Shown in pieces: positions 27,860 through 36,714 of a stretch of 64,000 bases of DNA (position 1 is its first letter; each line of letters starts with the position of its first letter). The stretch spans positions 38,741 through 102,740 of the IMG/VR virus record IMGVR_UViG_2896164284_000005; one strand, written 5' to 3'. The DNA comes from a virus (taxonomy: Duplodnaviria; Caudoviricetes). The notes beneath the pieces are model-generated. The model was not told the origin of the DNA and searched no databases. It saw only the letters and a program-made list of their open reading frames with translations. Made by a program: the position numbers and the translations under genes.

Positions 27860-28117
27860 TTATCGACCAAATAGTTTATCGAGTTTTTGCTTACTAGATA
27901 AATTAGGGTTTCGAATAATCTTCACTATATAAATCAAGAACGTTAAAACAATAATACCTAGCAAACTTTCCAAAATAATTAAATTTGAGAATGACGCTGT
28001 AGACCATTGCGCAAAATGAGAGAATCCGAACAATACCAAGACTGCAATCAGTAATATCAGACTTAATTTTGCTATCATGTTAATACCATAGCTTAATGTT
28101 GCGAATAATTCTTTCAT
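27860..28117 (-). CDS. Small 2-TM moron protein
   Basis: Two hydrophobic segments; AT-rich; followed by a terminator-like hairpin. Confidence 0.65.
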   Translation of the reverse strand: MKELFATLSYGINMIAKLSLILLIAVLVLFGFSHFAQWSTASFSNLIILESLLGIIVLTFLIYIVKIIRNPNLSSKQKLDKLFGR

Positions 28118-28166
28118 ATATTATCCCCTGTTACTGGAATAACCATATCAAATATTAATTATCAAA

Positions 28167-28469
28167 TCAAGTTAAACGGCTTTTGAGATAAGTTTCAGCT
28201 CCATCATCTTCATTATTCTCAATTTTATCATTAAAGAATGGCATAAAATCGCTCAAATTAGGCGGATTTGCTTTAGAATCTCTATTAATTATTGCCAATA
28301 AATGAGATATTTGTGCTGTACGATAATCTTCGCGCCATTGTCCAAATGGTTGTTCTTGATAGTACATTTCCCATTCAGCATATTCTTGTTCTGATAGTTG
28401 GTCGATTTCTTTTAATGTTTTGCCCAGCGCCAATGCTAAATTCAGTTGGAATCGGCGCCGGTTGTTGAG
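28167..28469 (-). CDS. Tail assembly chaperone T (-1 frameshift extension)
   Basis: -1 frame is open from the slippery site through LALALGKTLKE..PFG. Confidence 0.8.
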   Translation of the reverse strand, partial: LNNRRRFQLNLALALGKTLKEIDQLSEQEYAEWEMYYQEQPFGQWREDYRTAQISHLLAIINRDSKANPPNLSDFMPFFNDKIENNEDDGAETYLKSRLT

Positions 28470-28864
28470 TTTTTTGGGGCAATATCCGCTAATGCCTTGC
28501 TGAATTGCTCGAAAGTTGCCTTATCTAATTTAGAAAGCGCATTTAAATCATCTTGGTTTTCAACATCGAAAATATTGTTACCGTTTTCATCGCATAAACG
28601 AGTAGCGAGACTGCGAGCTAATCGATAAGGATCGTAAACTTGTGAAAGTTGCTTTGTAAGCTCTTCTTCATCATTGAAATTTAATTCAATTCCCTGTTTT
28701 TGTGCCAGTTTAATTAATTCTTGTTGTTGCCCATATAAAGCGTGGTTCATTTCACCCACAGTAAATTCACGCACAAAATATTTTTCACCATTAATTTCAA
28801 TTTCGGTCAATTTAGGTGTGTTTTTTAAAAGTTTTTCACGTAGTGTCATTTCAAATTTACCCAT
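28442..28864 (-). CDS. Tail assembly chaperone G
   Basis: Between tail tube and TMP; A AAA AAC slippery heptamer at 28475-28469. Confidence 0.85.
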   Translation of the reverse strand: MGKFEMTLREKLLKNTPKLTEIEINGEKYFVREFTVGEMNHALYGQQQELIKLAQKQGIELNFNDEEELTKQLSQVYDPYRLARSLATRLCDENGNNIFDVENQDDLNALSKLDKATFEQFSKALADIAPKNSTTGADSN

Positions 28865-28902
28865 TCAAAGTTAAACAAAAGCCCGCACTTGCGGGCTATA
28901 AA

Positions 28903-29559
28903 TTACGCTGCAACTGGCAATAAGTAATCGCGTTTCGATTTTTTAATCGTTACGCCTGATTCAAATTTGCCTTTTACTTCACCTGAGAAATTCGGTGATG
29001 TTTGAATAAAGCCGGTACCATATAACGAGCCCTGATCATTTTTCAACATCATCATCCAAGGGAAAGTTTCTTTTGCGTAGAATTTTTTACGCAAGTCAGC
29101 TTGCATTGTCGTCGCTGGCGCATAGAAGAACGTCAATTTAATTGACCCATACTCAATTTCGCCAGCTTCGGTTTCTGTGCCTTCCGAACACATAGTTGTG
29201 ATGTCTTCTTCACCCAATGTATCACCGTCACCTTCAATGTTTTTGATCGCGCAGAAATTTGCCGACCATTTCACTATAGCTGCTTTAGCCGTACTGAAGT
29301 CAGTCGGCTTGTCTTGTGTTGACCAATCCACTTCATCGGCAAAAGTTAATGTATCAGTCTGTACCGATTTAACAGGATAATAGCCGTCGAGCGAACCTAA
29401 GCCAGTGATTTTTACGAAATCACCTACCTTAGCACCGTGACCTGTTGCTGTAATACTGGCACTTGGTTTAACTGTACAAGCAGTGATTGCTTTTTCAGTA
29501 GCTAAGCCAGTACCGATGTAAAATTTTGTCCCCTGAAATGGGGTGGTTTTTGTCGCCAT
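28903..29559 (-). CDS. Major tail tube protein
   Basis: TPFQGTKFYI start, EDITTMCS; position. Confidence 0.85.
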   Translation of the reverse strand: MATKTTPFQGTKFYIGTGLATEKAITACTVKPSASITATGHGAKVGDFVKITGLGSLDGYYPVKSVQTDTLTFADEVDWSTQDKPTDFSTAKAAIVKWSANFCAIKNIEGDGDTLGEEDITTMCSEGTETEAGEIEYGSIKLTFFYAPATTMQADLRKKFYAKETFPWMMMLKNDQGSLYGTGFIQTSPNFSGEVKGKFESGVTIKKSKRDYLLPVAA

Positions 29560-29561
29560 AA

Positions 29562-29969
29562 TTATTCCGCTCCTTTGCGGTAAAAGGCAATGTCATATTG
29601 GATTGCACCAATAATCCATTCAGCCTGTTTGTCGTCATTAATATAAGACACTGCACTTAATTCAAATCGCTCTAAATATTCAGATTCAAAATCTTCACAT
29701 TTTGCGATAACAGCATCCATCAATTCATCTAGCTCATCTTCTGGGAGTATTGATTTTAGATACACTTGTATATGGAGTTTCGCAGACCAGTACGCACCAC
29801 ATAGATCAGTGTCATCAGTTTGCGCATCATCGACAAAGACGCAGATAGCTGGTAAGTCAGTTTCGTCGTGTAAAAAAACAGTGTGGCCACAGAAATAATG
29901 ATCCACACCGTCTATTTGGTCGTCTAGATAGTCAAAGACTGCTCTACGAATTAATCCTAACTCTTTCAT
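29562..29969 (-). CDS. Tail terminator (gpU-like)
   Basis: IRRAV..LPAICVF..ELD; position. Confidence 0.8.
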   Translation of the reverse strand: MKELGLIRRAVFDYLDDQIDGVDHYFCGHTVFLHDETDLPAICVFVDDAQTDDTDLCGAYWSAKLHIQVYLKSILPEDELDELMDAVIAKCEDFESEYLERFELSAVSYINDDKQAEWIIGAIQYDIAFYRKGAE

Positions 29970-30484
29970 TACCCTATCCTTAGCTCCTTAACTAGTTCCG
30001 CTCGAACTTCTGCAGGATAATCACGAGTTTGTTTTTTAAACTCATTCGTAATTAAATTACCCACTGGGATTTTCACTACATCAATCGGATAACGCTCCTT
30101 ACCTTGACGTTGCAAAATATGCCAACGACCATTTTTCAGCCGTTGACGGAAACCACGATGTATAGCATATTTACCAACAACGATACCGCCACGACCAACC
30201 CAAATCTTATTAGAGCGATTCTCTAATAATCTAATCGCAGGCATGTGTGAGCGTATTACTCGTATTGTTGCAGTTGGTAAATTACCTTTAGCTCGTGCAA
30301 TCTGCATTCGTCCACGCACTGTTTTAACAGGTACACCCACATCTTTTGCCACTGCTTTCATTGCTCGACTACCGATTGATCGTGCAACTTTATTAATCGC
30401 TTTTACTGCTGCTCTCGGTATTTGTTGTCTACCTAGAGCATTAAGTTTGCGATTTATGCGCTTGGCATCATCTTGTAAGCTCAT
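29969..30484 (-). CDS. Tail completion protein (gpZ-like)
   Basis: Basic; NGRWHILQR.GK.RYPIDVVKIP. Confidence 0.85.
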   Translation of the reverse strand: MSLQDDAKRINRKLNALGRQQIPRAAVKAINKVARSIGSRAMKAVAKDVGVPVKTVRGRMQIARAKGNLPTATIRVIRSHMPAIRLLENRSNKIWVGRGGIVVGKYAIHRGFRQRLKNGRWHILQRQGKERYPIDVVKIPVGNLITNEFKKQTRDYPAEVRAELVKELRIG

Positions 30485-30787
30485 TTATTCCACCTGTAAA
30501 ATTAAGTAGCCATCGCGATAACCGAAGCCTGTAACGGCATAGTGCTTGCTGTTAATCTCAACAACATCACCGCGTTTCGGCTTATAGCCTTGAGTTTTAA
30601 ATAACGTCAAGGTTCGGTATGAGCCATTCAAGGCTAAACTAGCATTATAGCCTGTTGGGTCGATTTCACGTGGGATTTCATCATATACAGCTTGATACGT
30701 TGCACCGTTGATTTCATATCCCGTCATGATTGTTTGTTCAATTGTTGCGTCTGCTTGAGCTAAAGCCAAATCAAAAGGGCTAGACAT
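30485..30787 (-). CDS. Head-tail joining protein
   Basis: Position and size. Confidence 0.7.
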   Translation of the reverse strand: MSSPFDLALAQADATIEQTIMTGYEINGATYQAVYDEIPREIDPTGYNASLALNGSYRTLTLFKTQGYKPKRGDVVEINSKHYAVTGFGYRDGYLILQVE

Positions 30788-31103
30788 TAATTTTCACATC
30801 AACTTGGTTAGATGATGTGCCTGAGGCTTTCCACGCAATGCCTAAGCGAGGGTTTGAACCAGCGGTAATTGTCGCCCCTTCGGTTTCAGACCAATACAAT
30901 ACCGAGCCTTGTTTGATGTCATCGGCTTGCTTAGCTTTCACGGTAAATACGCCGGTCGTTAAACCTACGACATCATCATTTTTAGCCACATCAGTAACCG
31001 CAATTGCAATTAAATTACCCGTAGCGATGACATCGCCTGAGGTAATTGCTTTGGTTGCGGTTAAGCGTACGGTGTTACCGTCTTGTACATAATTTTTAGC
31101 CAT
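30780..31103 (-). CDS. DUF2190 capsid-associated protein
   Basis: MAKNYVQDG start. Confidence 0.85.
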   Translation of the reverse strand: MAKNYVQDGNTVRLTATKAITSGDVIATGNLIAIAVTDVAKNDDVVGLTTGVFTVKAKQADDIKQGSVLYWSETEGATITAGSNPRLGIAWKASGTSSNQVDVKINV

Positions 31104-31176
31104 AATTTCATTTTCCTAATTGGATTAATAAAAAAACGCACTCCGAAAAGTGCGGTCGTTTTTTAGTACGTTTTAA

Positions 31177-33144
31177 TTACTGGTTCGTTACTTTAACCAC
31201 GCCACGGTAGTCAATCACATTGACACCGGCATCAATGCGGACTTTGGTTACGACACCGTCCACACTAAAGCCTTGTTGTTGCTCGATGTAAGGCGTATCC
31301 ACACCGTCAAGGTAAGAGACTTCGATCGCTTCTTTATTGAGTAAGTACCATGATTTAGCATCAGCAATCTGTAAGCGTGATGATTTAATTGGGGTAACAA
31401 TATCACGGATAGGGTTAATAATACCGCTGTTGATGTCTGCCCCTTCTACACTTGCAGAACCTAAAACCTGTTTCGCTTTCGTGTGTAATGAGGTTGGTAG
31501 TAACATAAATTCAGGCTCAATTGAGAGCGGTTCACCACGGCTGTTTACAAAGCCGTTCATTAACTGGATAGCTTTATCGATATTGGCCACATCTAACGCC
31601 GCACCGGTTAAGGTGTTTTTATGTGAAGCATCAAACAATTTTTTGCCGTCTTGTGCGGTCGCATTACCGGTAATTAACGCAAATACTAATTTAGCGATAG
31701 TCGCACGTGCAGCTTGTCCCATTTTTTCAGGGATTTTGGTTAAAAGATGCATATCATCATTGATAATAGCTTGGCGTGTAATGCTAAATAGCTGACCGTA
31801 GGTTGCTAATGCGATTTTCGCACCTTCATCACCGATAGAACCGTAGGTGTATTCTTCGCCTTCGCCTACAGCCGGTAAGTATCCAAATTCCCCTAAACCA
31901 ACACGATTAGCCGGTCGGAAGTCGGTAAGAATACCTCTCGTGGTAAATTGCTCATAGTTTTCAGTCGCTGTTTCCCAGCCTTTGAGCAAGGATTTATGCG
32001 AAACGTCAATTAAGATTTGACCGAAATCAGAGCTTGAATGTGTAAAGGCTAAACCGACCATTTGCATTGGTGTGTAGCCGGCAATACCCACGCCACGATC
32101 GACTAATGAGGCACGAGCTAATTCACGCAGGGTCATTGCGCTGTAAGCGTTATCTTTGATATTCGCTTTATCGGTATCTTGACCGGCACGAGCCATTAAA
32201 GACTGCTTAATGCTGTCGCCAACGATATTACCATTATCAACGTAAACGTGGCTTTGAGGCACGCTTGGTGTCGTGTTTTCCCCTAATTTCGCAAGCAGTT
32301 TGTCTTTTGCTTGTTCAGCGGTCATTGACACATCTGCTAAACATTCCGCCATTAAGCCGTCATATTGCGAGCCAAAAGCAGCAAAGGTAGCTTTAATGGT
32401 TGCATTACGTTGCGCCAAAATCGCCATCGGATCGGGTTTTGCAACATTTTGCGGATTTTCGACCGCTTGTTGGGTAGTATTTTGAGATTGTTCCGGTGTA
32501 GTCGTTGCTGCACCTGCGTTGCCTTGTGGCTTAAATAACATATTTTTGATTGTTTCAGGCATATTTGTGTAGTCCTCTAGTTTTTTGGATTGGATACAAG
32601 CCATCGCCACAAGTGGGTCGGCTAACTTATCAGCGAAACCTTGCTCGATACATTCTTTGCCCGTGAGCCAAGTTTCTTCTTTTAGCATTTCTGCTAAATC
32701 GGTTTCGGATTTACCCGTTTTAGCGGTGTATGCTGTAATGAGCGTACTTTCCACTTTATCCAGTAAATCCGCATATTTACGCATATCATCGGCATCGCCA
32801 CCTTGAATACCCCACGGCTTGTGGATCATCATCATTGCATTTTCCGGCATAATAATTTCATTACCCGCCATTGCAATAACGCTTGCCATAGATGCAGCAA
32901 GACCGTCAATATAGACGGTCTTATTAGCAGGGTGGTTTTTCAGTAAGTTGTAAATGGCAATACCGTCAAACACATCGCCACCGGGCGAGTGAATATGCAG
33001 GTTAATTTGTTTTAAATTGTTGCCTAAGGCTTTTAGGTCTTTGGCAAATTGTTGAGCTGTTACACCCCAAAAGCCGATTTCATCATAAATGGAGATTTCG
33101 GCTTTTTCTTGTGATTTAGCGTTAATTGAGTACCAGTTCTTCAT
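31177..33144 (-). CDS. ClpP-type prohead protease / major capsid fusion
   Basis: IHSPGGDV, GLAASMAS, MIHKP followed by capsid domain. Confidence 0.92.
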   Translation of the reverse strand: MKNWYSINAKSQEKAEISIYDEIGFWGVTAQQFAKDLKALGNNLKQINLHIHSPGGDVFDGIAIYNLLKNHPANKTVYIDGLAASMASVIAMAGNEIIMPENAMMMIHKPWGIQGGDADDMRKYADLLDKVESTLITAYTAKTGKSETDLAEMLKEETWLTGKECIEQGFADKLADPLVAMACIQSKKLEDYTNMPETIKNMLFKPQGNAGAATTTPEQSQNTTQQAVENPQNVAKPDPMAILAQRNATIKATFAAFGSQYDGLMAECLADVSMTAEQAKDKLLAKLGENTTPSVPQSHVYVDNGNIVGDSIKQSLMARAGQDTDKANIKDNAYSAMTLRELARASLVDRGVGIAGYTPMQMVGLAFTHSSSDFGQILIDVSHKSLLKGWETATENYEQFTTRGILTDFRPANRVGLGEFGYLPAVGEGEEYTYGSIGDEGAKIALATYGQLFSITRQAIINDDMHLLTKIPEKMGQAARATIAKLVFALITGNATAQDGKKLFDASHKNTLTGAALDVANIDKAIQLMNGFVNSRGEPLSIEPEFMLLPTSLHTKAKQVLGSASVEGADINSGIINPIRDIVTPIKSSRLQIADAKSWYLLNKEAIEVSYLDGVDTPYIEQQQGFSVDGVVTKVRIDAGVNVIDYRGVVKVTNQ

Positions 33145-33203
33145 TTATTTATCTCCAATAAAAAACGCCTGATGTTCACACGTAACTACAGGCGTTTTAA
33201 TAA

Positions 33204-33551
33204 CTAAATTTTAGTCTTTAACCAATAAATCATAATTCCTATCGGAATTCCTATAGCATTATATAGGATAGTTTCAAAATTATAATGGAATAATTCATGA
33301 CCAGGAAAATAGAGTTTAATCAAGAAGAAACCTATTAAATGAATAAAAATCAATATAAAATATATAAATACACAATAGAAGATAAGCGTTCTTTCGTGCC
33401 TTTTACGCTTTAAACAAGATATGAATATATAGGTTATTGACATCAAGAAAAAGCTTGATAGAAACCAATTTTCATATTTCAATGGTATGAAAAGGTAATG
33501 TGTAAATACATATATATAGAATAGAATCGAGGTCAATAACCAACTTAACAT
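33204..33551 (-). CDS. 4-TM membrane protein, putative immunity protein
   Basis: Four hydrophobic segments; starts 1 bp after the upstream toxin-like gene. Confidence 0.6.
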   Translation of the reverse strand: MLSWLLTSILFYIYVFTHYLFIPLKYENWFLSSFFLMSITYIFISCLKRKRHERTLIFYCVFIYFILIFIHLIGFFLIKLYFPGHELFHYNFETILYNAIGIPIGIMIYWLKTKI

Positions 33552-33552
33552 A

Positions 33553-34749
33553 TTATCTCCCGTTTAGATTTTTATATGTGCTTTCATCAATAGGAATAGA
33601 TATGGATTCAATCCAATTATCTTTTATTTCATAGCTTTTTCCATCTGGGTTCCATTCTCCTGGTATAATATTAAAAATGTCGTATGGGTCTGTGAATTTA
33701 TCATAAAATACGTACTTTATACTACCATTAAGGTAAAATTTATTTCCTTTTTGTATTGCGCCTCCAGTGAAATTACCTTCAATAATTGCCCCTCCTATTG
33801 CCCATAATGCATTATTTATATTCCAGACGCCTTCTCGAAAAGAATATGTGTTTTTAAAAGAAAATGCCTTTTTAGTTTTAATTTGTTGAATGAAGTCATT
33901 GTGTACACTATGATTATTTTTCTTTCCTAGAGCATTCTGTTTTTTTATTAGTTCCTTAACTGTATCAAATAATCCTAATTGTTTTAAAGTAACTGCTTTA
34001 CCACTTTTAGATCTATAATAATAAAGCATGTCAAATGATGTTACAGGTGTATTTCTAACTTTAGATGTTATAGGTTCCTTTTCGGTATTTTTTATGTTTG
34101 TAATAATAGTATTCGATAGTTGCATTACAGTTCGACTAATTTCATTAGAAAATGAAATGATTTTCTCATTTAGCATGAGTATAGAGTCTATTAAATTTTG
34201 ACTTTCATTTATTTCATCCACTTTATGTTTACCGACATAATGCCACCATAATCTTGAGCTTCCTGAAATGGACAATATAAGGTCATAATCTTTAGGATTA
34301 ACTTTTGCTAAGGCAAATTTTTTAAGATTAGACTTTTCAGCATTTTCTGCAATATCTCTCTTTGAAATAAAACGTTTTTTTATCTTATTTATTTCTTCAT
34401 ATTGGTTTGTTATTGATAAATATAAATCTTCTAGAGTTTTTTGTTTCTTTTTATCTGAAATTTTAGCATATGATTCCAAAAGGTTTTTAATGATTTTAAA
34501 TAGTTCCTCTATAGACTTTTTTGCGATCATTTTCTTTTCTAATTCTACAAGCTTATTTGTTAGTTCTACAGATAAATCTTTTAATGGAACGTAACTTTGG
34601 ATTTTGTTTTGGTTATAAGCAATGATACGACCAAAATGATAGTTTTCACGCTTTAGCTTTTCAATTTCCTTAAGCTCGGCTGGAAATAATGCTTTAATAA
34701 CAATAGGATTTGCTACAACTTTAATTGGTTCTAAAACGACTGTTGTCAT
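33553..34749 (-). CDS. Colicin M-like (lipid II-targeting) bacteriocin candidate, 398 aa
   Basis: GAGGTG RBS then MTTVVLEPIKVVA (TonB-box-like); C-terminal domain follows the ColM motif order. Confidence 0.6.
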   Translation of the reverse strand: MTTVVLEPIKVVANPIVIKALFPAELKEIEKLKRENYHFGRIIAYNQNKIQSYVPLKDLSVELTNKLVELEKKMIAKKSIEELFKIIKNLLESYAKISDKKKQKTLEDLYLSITNQYEEINKIKKRFISKRDIAENAEKSNLKKFALAKVNPKDYDLILSISGSSRLWWHYVGKHKVDEINESQNLIDSILMLNEKIISFSNEISRTVMQLSNTIITNIKNTEKEPITSKVRNTPVTSFDMLYYYRSKSGKAVTLKQLGLFDTVKELIKKQNALGKKNNHSVHNDFIQQIKTKKAFSFKNTYSFREGVWNINNALWAIGGAIIEGNFTGGAIQKGNKFYLNGSIKYVFYDKFTDPYDIFNIIPGEWNPDGKSYEIKDNWIESISIPIDESTYKNLNGR

Positions 34750-34759
34750 AATTAACACC

Positions 34760-36265
34760 TCATTTTTCTTTTTCGTTATAAAGAACATCATCTGTCTTAG
34801 ATGAATTGTTACCATATTCATGGTGATTTGTTAAATCCGTATCAAATTTCAGCCCTTCGGCTTGGTTCTCTCGGATTTCGACAATCCGTTGCCGTTTGAC
34901 TTCAGCAGGGTTGTTACCACTGGCTCTAATGGCTTGTCCTTCCGTTGCCAGACCGCCTTTGATCCGCTCTTTCCAAGCATTCGCCTCTTTGATTGGGTCA
35001 ATCCAAGGCATTACCGGACCGGAATACACGGCATTAAAAAGGGAATTCTGATCAATATCCGATGGAAGTTTAATTGCCTGTGAGGCAATCGCCATTTTGA
35101 GCCACTCACGATAAATCGGGCGAGAAATCGCAGCGACAAAGCAATCTTGCAATACCGCATAGCCTTCAAAACTTTCAACAAGCTCTTGTCTCTGTGCGGA
35201 GTAAGTGCCGTTGTAGTCTCGGGCGATACTGGAATAACTGGAGCGAGTGCCTGCCGCCGTTGCTCTTAATTGCCCGTTGCGGAAACCTTCTAAGCCGGTA
35301 TTGGGACGGTTTGAGTTGATTAAACCGATGTCTTCTCCTGGTTTTAAGTCATCAATCACGGCACCCGGTGCAATATCAAATAAACGCTGTCCATCTGGTT
35401 GCTCGTCATTGTCGTACAATGCGGCATCGCCTTTTTTAATGTACATCGTCATCGCTGCCGCAATGCGTGCCGCCACTCGTTCGCTCTCCTCGTATTCTTT
35501 AAGGTCAGCAAGGCGAATAATGACACCATGCAACATACTTACCCCACGGATTTGATGTAGTCGTTTTCGGAAAGCCAGGTGCAACATATTCTCAGCAGGT
35601 ACGGTCTTGATTTTGCTGTACATTGCCGTGCTTTCTTGCGGATTATCTAAATAGACTTGATAAGCGGTCGGTTTTCGCCACGTATTGAGATATACGCCTT
35701 GCACCAAGCCGTTTTTTGCCTCATCGGACTGCATTGGTACAAAGTCCGGTTCTAAGGCTTCAAGAGAGAACGCCACTGATGATCCGTGTTCTAAGCCTGC
35801 CACCTTGCCTTTAACCAGCTGAACAAAGACTTCGCCATCTCTAAGCCACGTACGCAAGAGCATTCGTTCTAGCAATGGACGAGTGTATAAGCCGGTCACT
35901 TCGGGTTTAACCGACCATTCCGCCCACAGTTTGCGGATTTGCTCGGCAAGCTCTTCGTGAACATCTCCGGCAAGTGTGAGTGGTTGAGGCTCAATATGAA
36001 TGCCTTTTGAACCGATAACACGCTCTTCCAGCTTGTCTAAAATACCGATCACAATGTCGTGATTTTGGTCTAATGCTCGTGCTTGTTCTCTAAGACTGAC
36101 CGCACTTTGCCGTACATTTGTGTTAGCGCCTTGTCCATCTCGACTGGCTTTATGCGTTCGGCTTGGCAATGCTGCTTCATACGCATTCAGCACATAACGA
36201 CTTTGTGAGCGTTTTGCCGCCCAACGTGGCGATATTGCTGCAATGGTTTTTTCAAGTAGGTTCAT
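34760..36265 (-). CDS. Lambda-family portal protein
   Basis: LR..AR.LDQN, RDGEVF, WIDP.KEA motifs. Confidence 0.95.
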   Translation of the reverse strand: MNLLEKTIAAISPRWAAKRSQSRYVLNAYEAALPSRTHKASRDGQGANTNVRQSAVSLREQARALDQNHDIVIGILDKLEERVIGSKGIHIEPQPLTLAGDVHEELAEQIRKLWAEWSVKPEVTGLYTRPLLERMLLRTWLRDGEVFVQLVKGKVAGLEHGSSVAFSLEALEPDFVPMQSDEAKNGLVQGVYLNTWRKPTAYQVYLDNPQESTAMYSKIKTVPAENMLHLAFRKRLHQIRGVSMLHGVIIRLADLKEYEESERVAARIAAAMTMYIKKGDAALYDNDEQPDGQRLFDIAPGAVIDDLKPGEDIGLINSNRPNTGLEGFRNGQLRATAAGTRSSYSSIARDYNGTYSAQRQELVESFEGYAVLQDCFVAAISRPIYREWLKMAIASQAIKLPSDIDQNSLFNAVYSGPVMPWIDPIKEANAWKERIKGGLATEGQAIRASGNNPAEVKRQRIVEIRENQAEGLKFDTDLTNHHEYGNNSSKTDDVLYNEKEK

Positions 36266-36267
36266 TG

Positions 36268-36489
<222 letters not shown>

Positions 36490-36490
<1 letters not shown>

Positions 36491-36714
36491 TAAATAAATC
36501 TTGCGTATTTAATACGGTGTTTTTTCGCACGTTGCCCACTTTGGGCAAGCTGTTCATCAAGCATTTGCTGATAGCGATCTCGCTGTTTGGTCAGCTCCGC
36601 CACTTGGTAAGAAACAGAACGCCCATTAAAGCTCACTTGGCTTTGGGCATTTTCTATTTTTTCATCCAGTAGGCGGATCTTTTGTTGTAGTTCGTCTATG
36701 GTGTAAAGGTTCAT
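36490..36714 (-). CDS. Head completion protein (gpW-like)
   Basis: VSFNGRSVSY motif; between terminase and portal. Confidence 0.8.

Noticed and set aside
34749-34821. Upstream in-frame ATG or a portal-toxin frameshift fusion (MuF-like)
   Set aside because: GAA AAA GAA AAA TGA is not a canonical slippery heptamer, and a good RBS precedes ATG 34749, which puts the TonB-box-like motif at the N-terminus
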